From Octopus sinensis (Eukaryota), in assembly GCF_006345805.1 (NCBI RefSeq), contig NC_043018.1:12896001-12960000 (forward strand): a DNA stretch of 64,000 bases. Reading direction: 5' to 3'. The notes beneath the pieces are model-generated. The model was not told the origin of the DNA and did no database searches. It worked only from the letters and a program-made list of their open reading frames with translations. Shown one piece after another: positions 37,789 through 50,974 of the stretch. The stretch's first letter is position 1. Each line of letters starts with the position of its first letter. Position numbers and translations under genes: made by a program.

Positions 37789-38310
37789 GTAATAGATTGA
37801 TTGTTTTAGGTTGCTTTTGGGAAAATCACGAATGTTATAATATCCTGTTTCATTTTTCTCTTATAACTAACCTTATTGTTTATTGCTATCTAAAATATTG
37901 CCAAGTATATAATGTTAATTTCTTCTTTGTAATTATCAACCTTTGATTCAAGTTGTCGGATTTTCATTTTCACAGTTTGGTGCCACCATCTGGTAGTTGT
38001 TGGGTGAATTGAAGAGAATTCACTTCACTGCAAGCATTCAAAGAAGATCCTCTTTTATGTCATCAAACACTTCCGTGTCATGAATTGGGGAAGGTCTGTA
38101 ACAGTCATTGCCTATGCAGGGATGTGTTCAGCTGCACACACATTGCTGTGTGCTTTAAGAGTCCACTTCCCAACCACATGCGGTTTTGGGGTTCAATCCT
38201 GCTATGTGACCCCTTTAGTGAGGGCCTTCTTCTACAACCCCAGCTTGACCAATGCCCTGTGAATGAATTTGGCAGAGGGAAAATGTGTGGAAGCTTGTCT
38301 CATACACACA

Positions 38311-38341
<31 letters not shown>

Positions 38342-38404
38342 CATAAACATACACACACACAGAGTGAGTGGACAAATGCAAAAGATAGATACTGAAGACA
38401 TTTG

Positions 38405-38491
38405 GTACAATAATATACATACATGCATACATACATACATGCATACATACATACACACACACATACATATATGCATACATACATACATACA

Positions 38492-38521
<30 letters not shown>
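38405..38521. repeat. (ACAT)n tetranucleotide microsatellite
   Basis: Direct inspection. Confidence 0.95.
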
Positions 38522-38524
<3 letters not shown>

Positions 38525-38527
38525 TGT

Positions 38528-38676
38528 TATTGTTATATTTGGGGATGGTCATATATTTTTGCCAATTAACCACATATGCTATTATGGTGCATGTGGTTAA
38601 TTGGCTAAAAACATGATCATCCCCAAATATAACAATATCTGTTTCAACACACGATTTCACATAAGGAATCTTGCAA
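38528..38676. repeat. Short fold-back element with about 47-bp arms and a conserved flanking motif
   Basis: tattgttatatttggggatggtcat...ccaattaaccacat pairs with atgtggttaattggc...catccccaaatataacaata; related decayed copy at 14305-14452. Confidence 0.85.
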
Positions 38677-38692
38677 AATGAATGCATAAACG

Positions 38693-38729
<37 letters not shown>

Positions 38730-39299
38730 ATTTATCATCCTCATTTAATATCCATCTTTCATGCTAGCATGAACTGAAGGACTACATTGAGCCCTAATGT
38801 CTGTTTTGGCCATGGTGTACACACACACATGTGTGTTGTGTGTGTGTGTGTTTATATTTGTTCGCACTCCGCTTGACAGCCAGTGTTGGTTTCTTTACAG
38901 CCTTGTAATTTACCAGTTCAGCAAAAATGTTTTGATTGAATGAACACCTGTCTTAAAAAAAAGTTTAAAAAATATTTACTGGGGTCAAGTTGAACTCAAC
39001 CCTTCATGGTGGTGCCCCAGCATGGCCATAATCCAGCGATTGAAACAAGTAAAAGAATATATCCTATTCAATCACTATAATCATGTAAACTTTGTGTTTT
39101 AAACAAAAGTTGATGATGGAGATGAAAAATCCAAAAGTCGATAACTTGAAAACCCTTTCAATGTCATATTGCTTGCCATTTGGTTTGGCCCTTTTCTTTC
39201 TTATATAACAATATATGTTTTGGGACAAATTAGGGCAGTAAGCTACAGTTATCTCCTTTGTTGAGACCTGCAATACCTTCTCTTTTTAAATTTTAAATT

Positions 39300-39900
39300 T
39301 TGTTGCTTATAGGATCCCATGCATTTTGTGCAGGGGTCTGGCCATTTACTCAGTACAGGTGTTATCATTAGCTCTAAACCAGTCTTTCATGCATTTTGCA
39401 GAGTTGCAGGATGCCCCATCCTCTTGGGTGATTATATGAGTGAATAGACAACTTGTTCTTTGGAATATCCTGGTTGATTTTAAAGTCTATGGATGTACAT
39501 TTTGGCATTATCGAAATCCCAGCTCTTCCCTCTTCAGAAACGACTCCCTCCTATGGAGTGAGCATTGCTAACTCTTGTCCTATAAGTGTATTCTTTGGAT
39601 TGTACTTTTGAGTTGATGGATAACAAAGGAAAAAACTGAGATGCAAATCGCTTGATGCCTCTGTCGTCTCTAACCATGACTTGTTCTCTTTCGACCAGTT
39701 TCTCTGATTCCTGTAAAATTGCAGATGAAGCTGGATGTTTTTCTGTGACCAACTCGATCCAGTCAGGCGAGTAATGCCAGACCAATGCAACCCATCCATG
39801 CCAGATATCCTGATTGCATGATGCACTTTGAGTATCTGACCTGGGTTTTAATTCCGCTGGTCTTTCAGTTGCTGAAATATCTCATCTGTGAAAACCACAA
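39300..39900 (-). pseudogene. Very degenerate Tc1/mariner DDE fragment
   Basis: 39361-39436 on the minus strand reads IITQEDGASCNSAKCMKDWFRANDN (cf. FQQDGAxxHxA...WF); the rest is weak. Confidence 0.4.
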
Positions 39901-40849
39901 CTACAGAGGATAATAGTAGCTTTGCAAACTGAACTGGTTGGATCTGGTCAGTTTGTTGTCTGTTCGTTTGCTCAGCATCCACTGATATTTGCCATTGATT
40001 CAATAAAATTCATTTGTGTTAGCCTTTCTCTTCCTTTTTCTTTTTTTGTTTTTTCCACATTGGATGAGTAGTGGTAGTGAGAGATTGGATGATGGTGAAA
40101 GTGGTAGTTATTCCATTTTACAATTTCCTAAAGTGAAAACACAATAACCTTGAACATGGAAAATTAAGAGTGTGTTCCATATATGGGGAAATGATTAAGA
40201 AAGTGCAATTTGTGTGAAGTGACTTTACATTAAGAAATGGAACATACAATTTCCTGTAATTCAGACTGCTTCATGGTCCCAGCCGACAAAATGGAGAAGG
40301 TGTTACCCCAGTGGATGGTGTGGGAGATGCAATGGAACAGCCTCTCTGACTCACCGAGGATTGCACTTGCAGACAACCATCTCCGCTCTGATAGCAGTGA
40401 GCAGGGATATGACCCAGGGGCTGTGTCTTGCAATTAGATTTAGATTTTTCTGCAACTAACTTCTTATTGTCAATTACTGTTGCTGGCAAATGCGTGTGTA
40501 AACCATTGCTACATGTATACATGCATGTGTATACCATTGCTACATGTATCCATCCGTGTGTATACCATTGCTACATGTAAATGAGTATTCAACACAAAGA
40601 CGAAGAATCATGATGAAGTGAATTATTGTAGAAACCAGTAGATGTCCCTGAATGTTTCCATAAGGTTAATATTTTCTTTATATAGGTGCATCTGAGATTT
40701 AGTTATGTTTTGGTTTATATTTATATTCCAGTGTTGGTCATATCCCCATCTTATTTCTAATCAGCTGTTGAGCACTCTCACAAAATAAATGGTTTGAGTC
40801 AATGAATTAAGTTGTGCCTTGGAAGTTTATCTTTCATTTCGTATTTGTT

Positions 40850-41180
40850 TCACTCATTAAACTGTGGCCCAGCTGAAGAATTTTAGTCAAATTTAATGAC
40901 CCCAGCCCACTGCTTATTCTATTGGTCTTTTTTGCCTAACCCCAAAGTTTTGGGGATGTAAACACACCAACACTGGTTGTCAAGTAGTAGTAGAAGACAA
41001 ACATACACACAAATACACACATATCGTGGGTTTCTTTCAGTTTCTGTTTACCAAATCCTCTCACAAGGCTTTGGTCAGCTTGAGGCTATGGTAGATGACA
41101 CTTGCACAAGGTGCCATGCAGTGGGACTGAACCTGGAACCATGTGGTTGGGAAGCAAGCTTCTTAGGTTTATGTCTCTCT
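40850..41180 (-). mobile_element. SINE family A, reverse copy
   Basis: Reverse complement of tail and head. Other minus copies or halves at about 20800-20970, 26160-26330, 29750-29930, 47880-48080, 48350-48510, 51620-51770 and 52625-52990. Confidence 0.8.
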
Positions 41181-41257
41181 AGTTACCACACACACACAAA
41201 ACTCATACTCACACACACACAATTCATGTACATAAAAAACAACTCACACACACACAC

Positions 41258-41313
<56 letters not shown>

Positions 41314-42157
41314 ATCCATATATAAATAAATAATCACTTAAGCATTATACACTTGTTCATCAGCGTTCATATTAAACCCCAGTCTTTTATGAAGATATCT
41401 ATCTGTTTAATCTGATGTCAGCAAGTTTGTACATGTTGGTGGATGAACAGCATTGACTAGACATTGTGTGTAATGATGTGTAACCACGAGTTTCCTGTAT
41501 AACCGACAGGCTCATGGAAGGGACGCCGTTACTGGCTTACAGTTTGTGGTTGTTGCTATTGATCCGAATGAACAGATCTACAATCAAAGCCATCTCCGTT
41601 TTGTGCATCTTGTTTCACATTTTTTTTTCTTTTTCAGGTGTAGTTTATAAGGATCACATAATTCAAGGTGTTTCTCATTTCTTTAAGATGGCAGAGGGTG
41701 ATTTAAGGGAGATTTAGCTCCTATTTCTAGCAGACCAAATAGCCATGTAATTATCCCTATGTTTGGCTTATCACTGGTGGTATTTGTTCACCAGTAGAAC
41801 TACACTAGTTGATAATTAAGTCCCTTGTCTTTGGCCCCAGTGCGGTGTTGGTGACAAGAAGTGAACCAACAACCTGTTGACTGGCCACTGCTCTGTCAAT
41901 ATGGCTTACTGTGTTGTTTATGGAATCATAAAATCTTCAGTAAACCATTCTTTGTCTTCATGGTTCATTGTGTCTCTGATAATCTGTTGTATTATTGAAT
42001 AAAATATTGCCATCCCAAGTTCTCTCTCTCACACACACTCAAATGCACTCATATGCATACACACAAACACACAAATATACACATATACACACATATACAT
42101 ACACAAACACAGAAACCTATGTACAAAAACACTTATGTACACACACACACACACACA

Positions 42158-43015
42158 CAGATGTTGTAGGTAATTTTTGCTATCTCGGTGACCTAATTAA
42201 CAGTGGAAGAGGTTGTACAGAAAGTGTAGCTGCTAGAATAAGAATAGGATGGAGAAAGTTCAAAGAGCTTTTACCTCCATTGGCAACCAAAGATCTCTCT
42301 CTCCGAGTGAAAGGAAGAGTGTATGATGCATGTGTATAAACTGTAGCGCTACATGATAGTGAGATGTGGGCCCTGAATGCAGGAGATGTGAAGGCTGGAG
42401 AGGAACAAAGCTGGTGGTATGCTCTGCTGGATGTGCAGTGTCTGTGTTATTGTGTGACAGAGCATTGGTGCATTGAGGGAGAAGTTGGGTCTAAGAGAGG
42501 AATTGTATGCAGTGTGCAAGAGAGGAGACTGTGCTGGTTTGGTCATGTGATGTGGATGGATGGGCACAGCGGCATAAAGAAGTACCAATCGCTTAGAGTG
42601 GAAGGAAGTTGCGGAAGAGGAGACCCAGGAAGACATGGGACGAAATATTCAAGGCCGATTTCCAAATGCTGGGCCTTATGAAGGAAATGACAGAGGACTG
42701 AGATATGTGGTGCATTGCTGTATTCAAGAAGACCTGCCCACCACAACAGAGTTGAGATCTTAAAACCAAGGTGTCACATAAAAAGCATTGGTGTGGTGCT
42801 GGTACCATGTGAAAAGTGCTGGTGCTGGTGCCACGTTAAAAACACCCAGTACAATCTGTAAAGTGGTTCTAGGAAGGGCATCCAGCTGTAGAGACCAAAC
42901 CAAAACAGAATATGGAACTTAATGTGGCCTCTGGCTTTGCTAATTCCTGTGAAGCTGTCAAATCCATACCAGCATAGAAAATGGGCGTTAACTGATGACG
43001 ATGACAATGACGACA
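42158..43015 (+). mobile_element. RTE LINE 3' end with 3' UTR and GAT-like tail
   Basis: FCYLGDLI...ARIRIGWRKFKELLP...KGRVYDACV (ORF 41995..42339), ERRLCWFGHVM, GRGRPRKTW; the 3' UTR contains aggaagggcatccagctgtag and ends gatgacgatgac. Confidence 0.9.
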
Positions 43016-45811
43016 CATACAAAGACACACACACACACAAATGCACACAGTGTCCACTTTATTTACTCTCTCTGTTGTTATGACAATGGCATTGGCTCTT
43101 TTGAACCAGTTCCCTTCATCACTTCCTCCTTCCTTCCAGCTAAGCCTTCCCAACTCACCTATTTCTCTTTCTAAAACCTCCCCCCCTCCACTCTTGCTGT
43201 GTCTCGCCTCCCTCATTCTCTGTAATTCATTAATAAAGAAAAAGGAAGCTACTGTCTTGACCATACGGTTTATGTCTTATCCTTTTATTCTAGTTATTGG
43301 ACTGTGGCCATCAATCCTTCAGAAAACAAGACATTTTCTAGGGAGTCACTCCCAGTTGTTGACTTGACAGGAAGGACACGAGGTGACCAACTGAACCATT
43401 GGTCATTAATTATTAACCTGTTTCTAGATGAAGCACTTATTTGTGACCATAGTGAAGACTCTTAGTTCACAATGGCTCAGTCCACCTAGCTGTAAATAGG
43501 AAACACTTATTAAAACTGATTCTGATTGTCTCCTTAGTTGGCTGTAGTATGACAGGAGGGGACTAAGCAGACATCCTACAAATGCTACAGGAAGACAAAA
43601 TGCTTCCAGTGTATCTCATAATGCATTGTCCATAGTCAGAGTAGATTATGAGACACACCCATAGCCTTTCTTTCATATTCCATTTGAAATTTCAAGCTCT
43701 TCCAATTAAGTTTCACTAAATACTTTCTTTATTGTTCTTTCATCAATGAAAATTAAAATGGAATGTTAATTTTTGATTGACCTTCATTAGATTTCAATGA
43801 AGATTCAGTGTGTTAGAAGAGTGTATGGAAATACCAAGTGGAACGGGTGTTAAACCAGTCCCTGTTCCCTTTTAAATAGTTTCCTTGTGAATTGACAGTC
43901 ATGTGATCATCAGACAAAAGCCTTGTAGTGTTTACTTGTGCTTCTCGCGTTTTGAGTTCAAATCGTGTCGTGGTCATCTTTGCTTTTTGTTGTTCTAGGT
44001 TTGGTAAATAAAATACTAGTCTACCAGTGCTTTTTACAAGGTGTCCCATCTGATGGAATTGTTAGGCCACCAGATGTGATACCTTGTGGTATTGGTTCCA
44101 GTGCTTTGTGTTCTGAGTTCAAAACCCATTGTGGCATACCTGGGTGGTAGACTCAAAATGTCTCCCTGCTTATCACCACTACCTGGTTTTTGGATACCTT
44201 TAACAGAGTCCACTATGTTTAACACCACCATCTGGTCTTTGGGTACCTGTAGCAGAGTCCACCCTGTTGCATGTATTGAAGCCAAGTCTTCAGTTTGGGT
44301 ATCCCTTCCTCCTCTCTCCCTCCCACCAATCTCAGAGACTTTGTAAAGGGCTATAAAGGGTACTGCCCTTCTCTTCTGACTAAAGAATTTTAAAAAATAA
44401 ACATACTTGGAAGCACCATTTTAGTTTTAGATATAATTTCTTTGTGTATTAACTCCATCTTTAGAGAGGAAATTTCTTTTTACAAAAGCTACATCTACCC
44501 TACATTTCGACCTGTATTAGTGGCTAATTAGATAAAAATGCTATTAATTACCCGTAAAACAGGGTCCTTAGTTTGATTCCTGCTGGGAATTACAAATATA
44601 TCCAGGAATAAGACACTCAGTGATGATTGGAATGTTGCATAGATGTAAAAATAGAAAGAACATTTTTTTCATTTCAAAAGTTGAGATATTTGTTCCAAAA
44701 AATTGTAATCTTATTAACTACAGACATTTAGATATTTAATTATTTTAAAGATGTTGCTGAATTTTAGCTTGGAGTGAAATAAATTAGAAATATTTCGTTT
44801 GATAACTTCTCTTGAATTTTTTTTGTGTGTTGCAGGAGTTACCTTCAAAACTTGCTATGCAGCAGAAAAATGGCTATAATAATATTCACTTTTCAAATCC
44901 ACTAGCAATCTGTTTATAAATATATTGAAAAAAATAGCCATAAGCTGGCATTTTTTTTTTTTTTCTTTCCTGAATTTTATTTACTTACATATTTTTTTCA
45001 GACAGGAACAAATTTTGTTTTTCTTAGAATCTGTTTTAATGGCAGTATAATTAACATTTATTTTTACTTATACAGATTTTGCCATTTAATAATGAATATC
45101 AATTTGGGTGCAGCAGATATCTGTTTTCTGTACTGTTTTTAGTTGCCACAATATATTTATGTTCTGTTGTTCATTGGTATAATAACTCTTGTGTACATAA
45201 TGGTGAGACTAATTAGATTTGGTTTCCAGTTATTTGTGGGCAATGCCCTTCCATTCCCGGGTACGTTGTGGGTTAATTTTCTTTGACCTCCAGAGGAATG
45301 TAAGCGGATTTTTATTTTGTAATGTAATTATTGTAATTATTTCGTTTTTGTATTTGGTTTGCAAGATTCTTTATGTGGATTTGTGTGTTGAAGTATATTT
45401 TATTGTCTGGGGAGAGTCGTTCTCTTTTAATACCTGTCCAATTTCCACTCATTTACTTATTTCTTTTTTCCATATAAATAAATAAGTAAACGAGTGGAAA
45501 TTGAACTGGTGAGTGTGTTAAGTAATAAGGCATTAAAAGGGAATGACTCCTTCCACACACAATAAAGTATGGAATTATATTTGTCCACAAGTGTTGTAAG
45601 GATAATAGGTTTTGATCTCTTGTGTTGTATGGGTAATTCTCTTAGGTTCCTCGGGTAGGATGGGTAACTCTATTTGGTTTTCAGGGTTGTTTGGGTAACT
45701 CTTTAGTTCCCAGAATAGTGTGGGTAATTTTCTTTTTTCCTCAGGCAATGTGGGTAATTTTCTTTTGTCTCATGGTGTGTGGGTATTATTTTTTTGTTCC
45801 CAAGCAGTGCA

Positions 45812-46191
45812 TAGGCACAGGAGTGACTGCGGTAAATAGCTTGCTTACCAACCACATGGTTCCGAGTTCAGTCCCACTGCATGGCACCTTGGGCAAGTGT
45901 CTTCTACTAATAGCCTCGGGCCGACCAAACCCTTGTGAGTGGATTTGGCAGGCGGAAACTGAAAGAAGCCCATCATATATATGTGTGTGTGTGTTTGTCC
46001 CCCGAACATCGCTTGACAACCGATGCTGGTGTGTTTACGTCCCCATTTACTTAGCGGTTCGTCAAAAAGAGACTGATAGAATAAGTACTAGGCTTACAAA
46101 GAATAAGTCCTAGGGTTGATTTGCTCGACTACAGGTGTTGCCCCAGCATGGCCACAGTGAAATGACTGAAACAACCAAAAGAATAAAAGAG
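45812..46191 (+). mobile_element. SINE family A, full length and well preserved
   Basis: tRNA-like head, (AT)(GT) microsatellite spacer, tail with CpGs retained, ends aaaagaataaaagag. Confidence 0.9.
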
Positions 46192-46598
46192 TGTGGCTAA
46201 TTTCCTCTGCTCCATCGTGTTGTTCTAATATAATGTGTGTAAGTTTCTTCAACTCAATATTTCTGTCAATAATATGCTTTCTCCAGATCCTGGCATAGTC
46301 TGAGTAGTGGTATGATTGCCATCCCAGTGAAACGGTCGCAGCAGAAGGAGTAAATTCTCTTTGGTTCTCAGTGTAGTTTTTTTTTTTTAATTAATTAATT
46401 CACGGTTAATTTCCATTAACTCTTTATTTCAAATGAAGCCATCTTTAACAGATGGTGTTTTTGTTTCGTGCCCCCCCCCCCCGTTTTACCCATTCCTATA
46501 TCAGCCAAGTCATTCTAATTACCTGTTCATTGTCGATGTTAACATTTATGCTGCTTCTGTTATTGTTGTTGTCATGGTTCTATTAGCCCTAATGTGCA

Positions 46599-46637
<39 letters not shown>

Positions 46638-47218
46638 CTCTGTGTCTGTGTGTCTGCATTGTGGATATATGTGTGTGTGCGTGTGTGTGTGAGGCCTGTG
46701 TGCATTCACTTAGACATGTTGTGCACTGCTTACTTCACACAGTTAACACCTCAAGTTCATTGACTCTTAATACATTGATTTCCAAACACCTTTCTATAAA
46801 TTACAACCGCTTCTACTTCTACCACCACTGTCACTGCCACCACCACCACACCACCACCACCACCGCCACCACCATCATCGTAACTAATATTGGTAGTAGT
46901 AGTAGTAGTAGTAGTCTGGTTGTTGAGAATAAGAGGTTTGCTTCAGCTAATAATAATGGCATTGATATATGTAGTGATGGTGATGGTGATGGTGATGGTG
47001 ATGGTTGTGGTAGTATTAAGGAAAGAAGTGGTGGGAAGTTGTTGCTGGCAATAATAACAGAAACAGTACGGGTGTGTGTCTGTACAGACACGTGTGTGTA
47101 TATGTGTGTATCTGCATATGTGTATCTGTGTATATCAGTGTGTGTCTGTGTGTACACTATTTCTTTACAGTATTTTTTCCCCCGACATGAATATATTTGA
47201 ATTTGTCCTCTGTATGTT

Positions 47219-47290
<72 letters not shown>

Positions 47291-48696
47291 AATAACATAT
47301 GTATATAGATAGATAGATAGACAGATGTATGCATATGTGTATATATGTTTACACACACACACACATACACACTTTGCCTGAATTTCTGAGATATGGAATC
47401 GTTATTATTATTACATTTTGATATATTCGGAGCAATGTCCTCATCTTGGTTGCGATAGACACAGCATTTCATCCATTGTGTCCTCCAGCCGTTGTCAGGT
47501 GTCTCTCATAGTTAGTAACATCCTTAGAATTTCCAGCCAAATTCTTTATTAAATCTCCAAGGGGCTGGCAGAAGGGGTTTAGCTCTCCGTTGATGGAATG
47601 GTAGTAACACCTTTTAGACAGGGCAGAGCCCCATCGTTCTCAAGGCCTGACCACAGACCTGGAAAGGTTCAGCCTCTCAGATCTGACTATGGAAGAGAGA
47701 GAGAGAGAGAGAGAAAGAGAGAAGAATTGATCAGAGTACATAACTTGTACTTTATCTGTAAAACTTGGAGGGATGTGAGAGGAAGTTGACCTCGATGAGA
47801 TGTGAACTCAGAACACCCGAGCCGGGAAGATTACTGCAAAGCAGCCTCTCGTGACTCTGCCAGTTGGTTGCTTTAATGGAAAGGATGCGTACCTTTTACT
47901 TGTTTCAGTCATTAGACTGTGGCCATGCTGCAGCATCACCTTCAAGATTTTTAGAAAAAACATTATTTTTTTGTAAAGCCTGACACTTATTCTGTTGGTC
48001 TGTTTTGCTGAACTGTTCATTTATGGGAACATAAACACACCGACACTGGTTGTGAAGCAGTAGTGGGGGAACAAACACACATGCACGTGTGTGCACACAC
48101 ACACACACACACACATCCATACATACAGGTTTGTTCTTTACAGGTTCGTGCCCCATAAAATGCACTTGTGCTGGTGCTATGTGGATGCACCCTAGCTGGT
48201 TGCACATAAAGAGCACCCAGCACACTCTGTAAAATGGTTGGCATCAGGAAGGGCATCCAGCTGTAGAAACAGTACCATAACAGACAATTGGAGTCTGGAT
48301 AGCTCGTTGGCTGACCAGCTCCTGTCAAACTGTTCAACCCATACCAGCATGGAAAATGACTTCTTTCAGTTTCTGTCTATGAAATCCACTCAGAAAGGTT
48401 TGGTCAGCCTAAGGCTGTGGTAGAAGACATTTGCCTAAGGTGTCACACAGAGAGACTGAACCCAGAAACAAGGAGTTGGAAAACAAACTTCTTACCACAC
48501 AGCTACACCTGCACCTATATACTTCTATATATACTTCTTATATAAGTTGGTTAGATGGGGCTGTGTGTTTAAAAAGTCCACTTCCCAACCAAATGGTTTT
48601 GGGTTCAATCCCACTACATGGCACTTTGGGCAAGTGTCTGGGTTCACGAAAGTCTTGGAAACGAATTTGACAGATGGAACCTGAAGGAAGAAGCCC

Positions 48697-48729
<33 letters not shown>

Positions 48730-49029
48730 ATGTATGTATGTGTTTGTGTTTCCTTGTTTTCACATCACATGAGAGTTGTAAATGAGTATTCCTCCGATGC
48801 ATGACGTGTCATTCATTTCCAATATATTCTGGAGTACAAAGATGTCTGGCCCTTGGGGGGAGTATTACCTTGCTTGGTAATACAGGTGAGGGTTGGCAAC
48901 ATGAATGGCATCTGGCTGCCGAAAATATGTCTCAGTCGACTCTGTTCAACCCATGCAGACATGGACAAGTGGATGCTGAAATGACGACGATGATGATGAG
49001 TCAGATGAAGCTGATTTAGATGAGAACTG

Positions 49030-49360
49030 GATCTTGAGAGACACATTAGGGGTAACAGGAGGAGGTGTGTGCCAGGTGTTCTTGTGTGGAGGTCAGTTAC
49101 ACAGGCTGTTGTTGTAGCATGGAAATGTCTGGGTTAATGATTGATGAATGTTGGTGATTGAATCTTTGCCAGTTAGTCAGATTGGGTTTTACTGGTTGCA
49201 GTAGAGACTCTGGTGTGTCCAGCTCTGTCATAGATATGCCAGCAATACTCTTAATACTCAGCGACAGACAGATCAGGGCTGAAGTATTTTTCTGGCCCAG
49301 GAGGAGAGTCCTAGTCTTGTGACTTGGTAGTTTTGGCAATGGTATTTGTGATCATCAGGC
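49030..49360 (-). pseudogene. Possible I/ingi-like LINE endonuclease-region remnant
   Basis: ORF 49097..49339 has TSALICLSL and LTNWQRF, weakly like SPDLSL and KANWxxF. Confidence 0.25.
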
Positions 49361-50302
49361 AAGATCATTCAAAATTGTAAGTTTTGAGCTTTTAGTCGTG
49401 TGTTATTCAGGTATGTGTATAGACACTGTGGCTCATGCAGCTCCCCCACTATTTCCACTTTATATCATCGATAACATTAATGTAATGAGTCCCTTTTTTC
49501 TTTAATTCTTTTTTTATACTTGTACATTATATAATCCTTAAGCTTAATGTCAGTAGCCACCCCTTAGTTTATGAAAAAAATACAAAAATCCTTGTATAGA
49601 ACTGTGTGTTTCACAGTTCCAGCGACATGATATTTGGCTGTTGTGTGCATGCTCACATGTCCGAGATAGGAAGCTTCACACTAGGAAGAGAGGGAGCAAT
49701 GTGTGAATGACTGCTGACCCCTGTGTTTCTTTTTTTGACTCCACGTGTGTTGTGCTTAAAAACATGTTTATATTCCCAAATGTGATAAAGTGTAGAATTA
49801 GATTATTATCTTGCTTCCAGATTCGGTCTTGCTGCCAGGATTCCCCCTCCCCTTATTTTGTAATTTAGGGGAGAATTTTTGAAAAACAAGGGGGAATTCA
49901 CAGCGGTGTTCGGTGAACAAATTAAACACACTACCCGGCAGTGACTAAAACACAAACCAATTAAGTTTATGTATAAATTTTCTTTTTATGTGTTTGTTTC
50001 CTTTTACACAATATTAAAACAACGGCTAAACATTTTCTGAGGCAATACTCCGACTAATTTTATCTACGAGCCATCACTGATGGTGGGTGTGGTACAATAT
50101 TGTTTCTTTGAAATGTTTAATAATTGTGTCATTGTTTCTACAACTGAAGGAGACTCGGTTGTTGTGTCTCCGTTGTAGGGTGTTTGTTTATTTCAATGTA
50201 GTGTGAAGTGTCCAAACTTGCATATGGATGACAGCTGTGTGCAGGAGGTTCAGCTGCAGTGAAATGTCATATTAACTGTGTGCAGTTCAAAATAATGGCA
50301 AG

Positions 50303-50900
50303 TACCGTAAAAACCCATGTAATTTGCACACCTGTGTAATTTATGCAGGTGATTTTCAGGATAAAATTTGATAAAAAAAAAGCTTCTACTCATGTAAAAT
50401 TCACACCTAAAAGTTTTCAGAATTACCAATATAGTCAGGGAAAAAAGGTTTGCAATTCAGTTGTATTTAGCATAATTTCATTCACTTATGAATAGATTTT
50501 ATTAAATTTTCATTAAATAAAAATAATTTCTGTTTAACAGTATCACATTGAAAACGATTAAATTACAAAGTTGTTTATCATAAACTACATTTTACATTTC
50601 TTGCCCACAAGAGATTATGTCCGAACTTTAGCATACTTCTGTATGTCTTCTCAAACTAAAATCACAGGAAAAGCTGCTGATAAGAATTACCAACACTGCC
50701 TATTCTTGTCGGAACCTTTGATAGAGAGTATCAAAATCTTAATTCTTTTCACACTTATAAAATGTAAAGCAAACTTTAAAATTTGTCATTACCGTTATTG
50801 TCAGGATGAGCAGAACTTATGAATCGTTTACTGCAAAGGAGAAATTAAATATGTGCTCCATTGCGATAGGTAGTAACTCCAAGCAATGTAAAATATGGCC
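50303..50900 (+). mobile_element. pogo/Tigger-like transposon 5' end
   Basis: Starts TA|CCGTAAAAACCC (pogo-type TIR start); MSRTYESFTAKEKL at 50806 resembles a pogo N-terminal HTH. Confidence 0.45.
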
Positions 50901-50974
50901 CAGACCGTTTACCAGCATGAACGTCAGACTTCAAAAAGTAGTTAACCATTTAATGGTTTTAGTAAATTTATACA

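Noticed and set aside
45630-45800. CRISPR-like repeat-spacer appearance
   Set aside because: The conserved part is only about 8 bp, the context is eukaryotic, and there are no cas genes.
46433-47200. Longest ORF (255 aa)
   Set aside because: Made of (GT)n, (CAC)n, (AGT)n and (GATGGT)n tracts; no domain.
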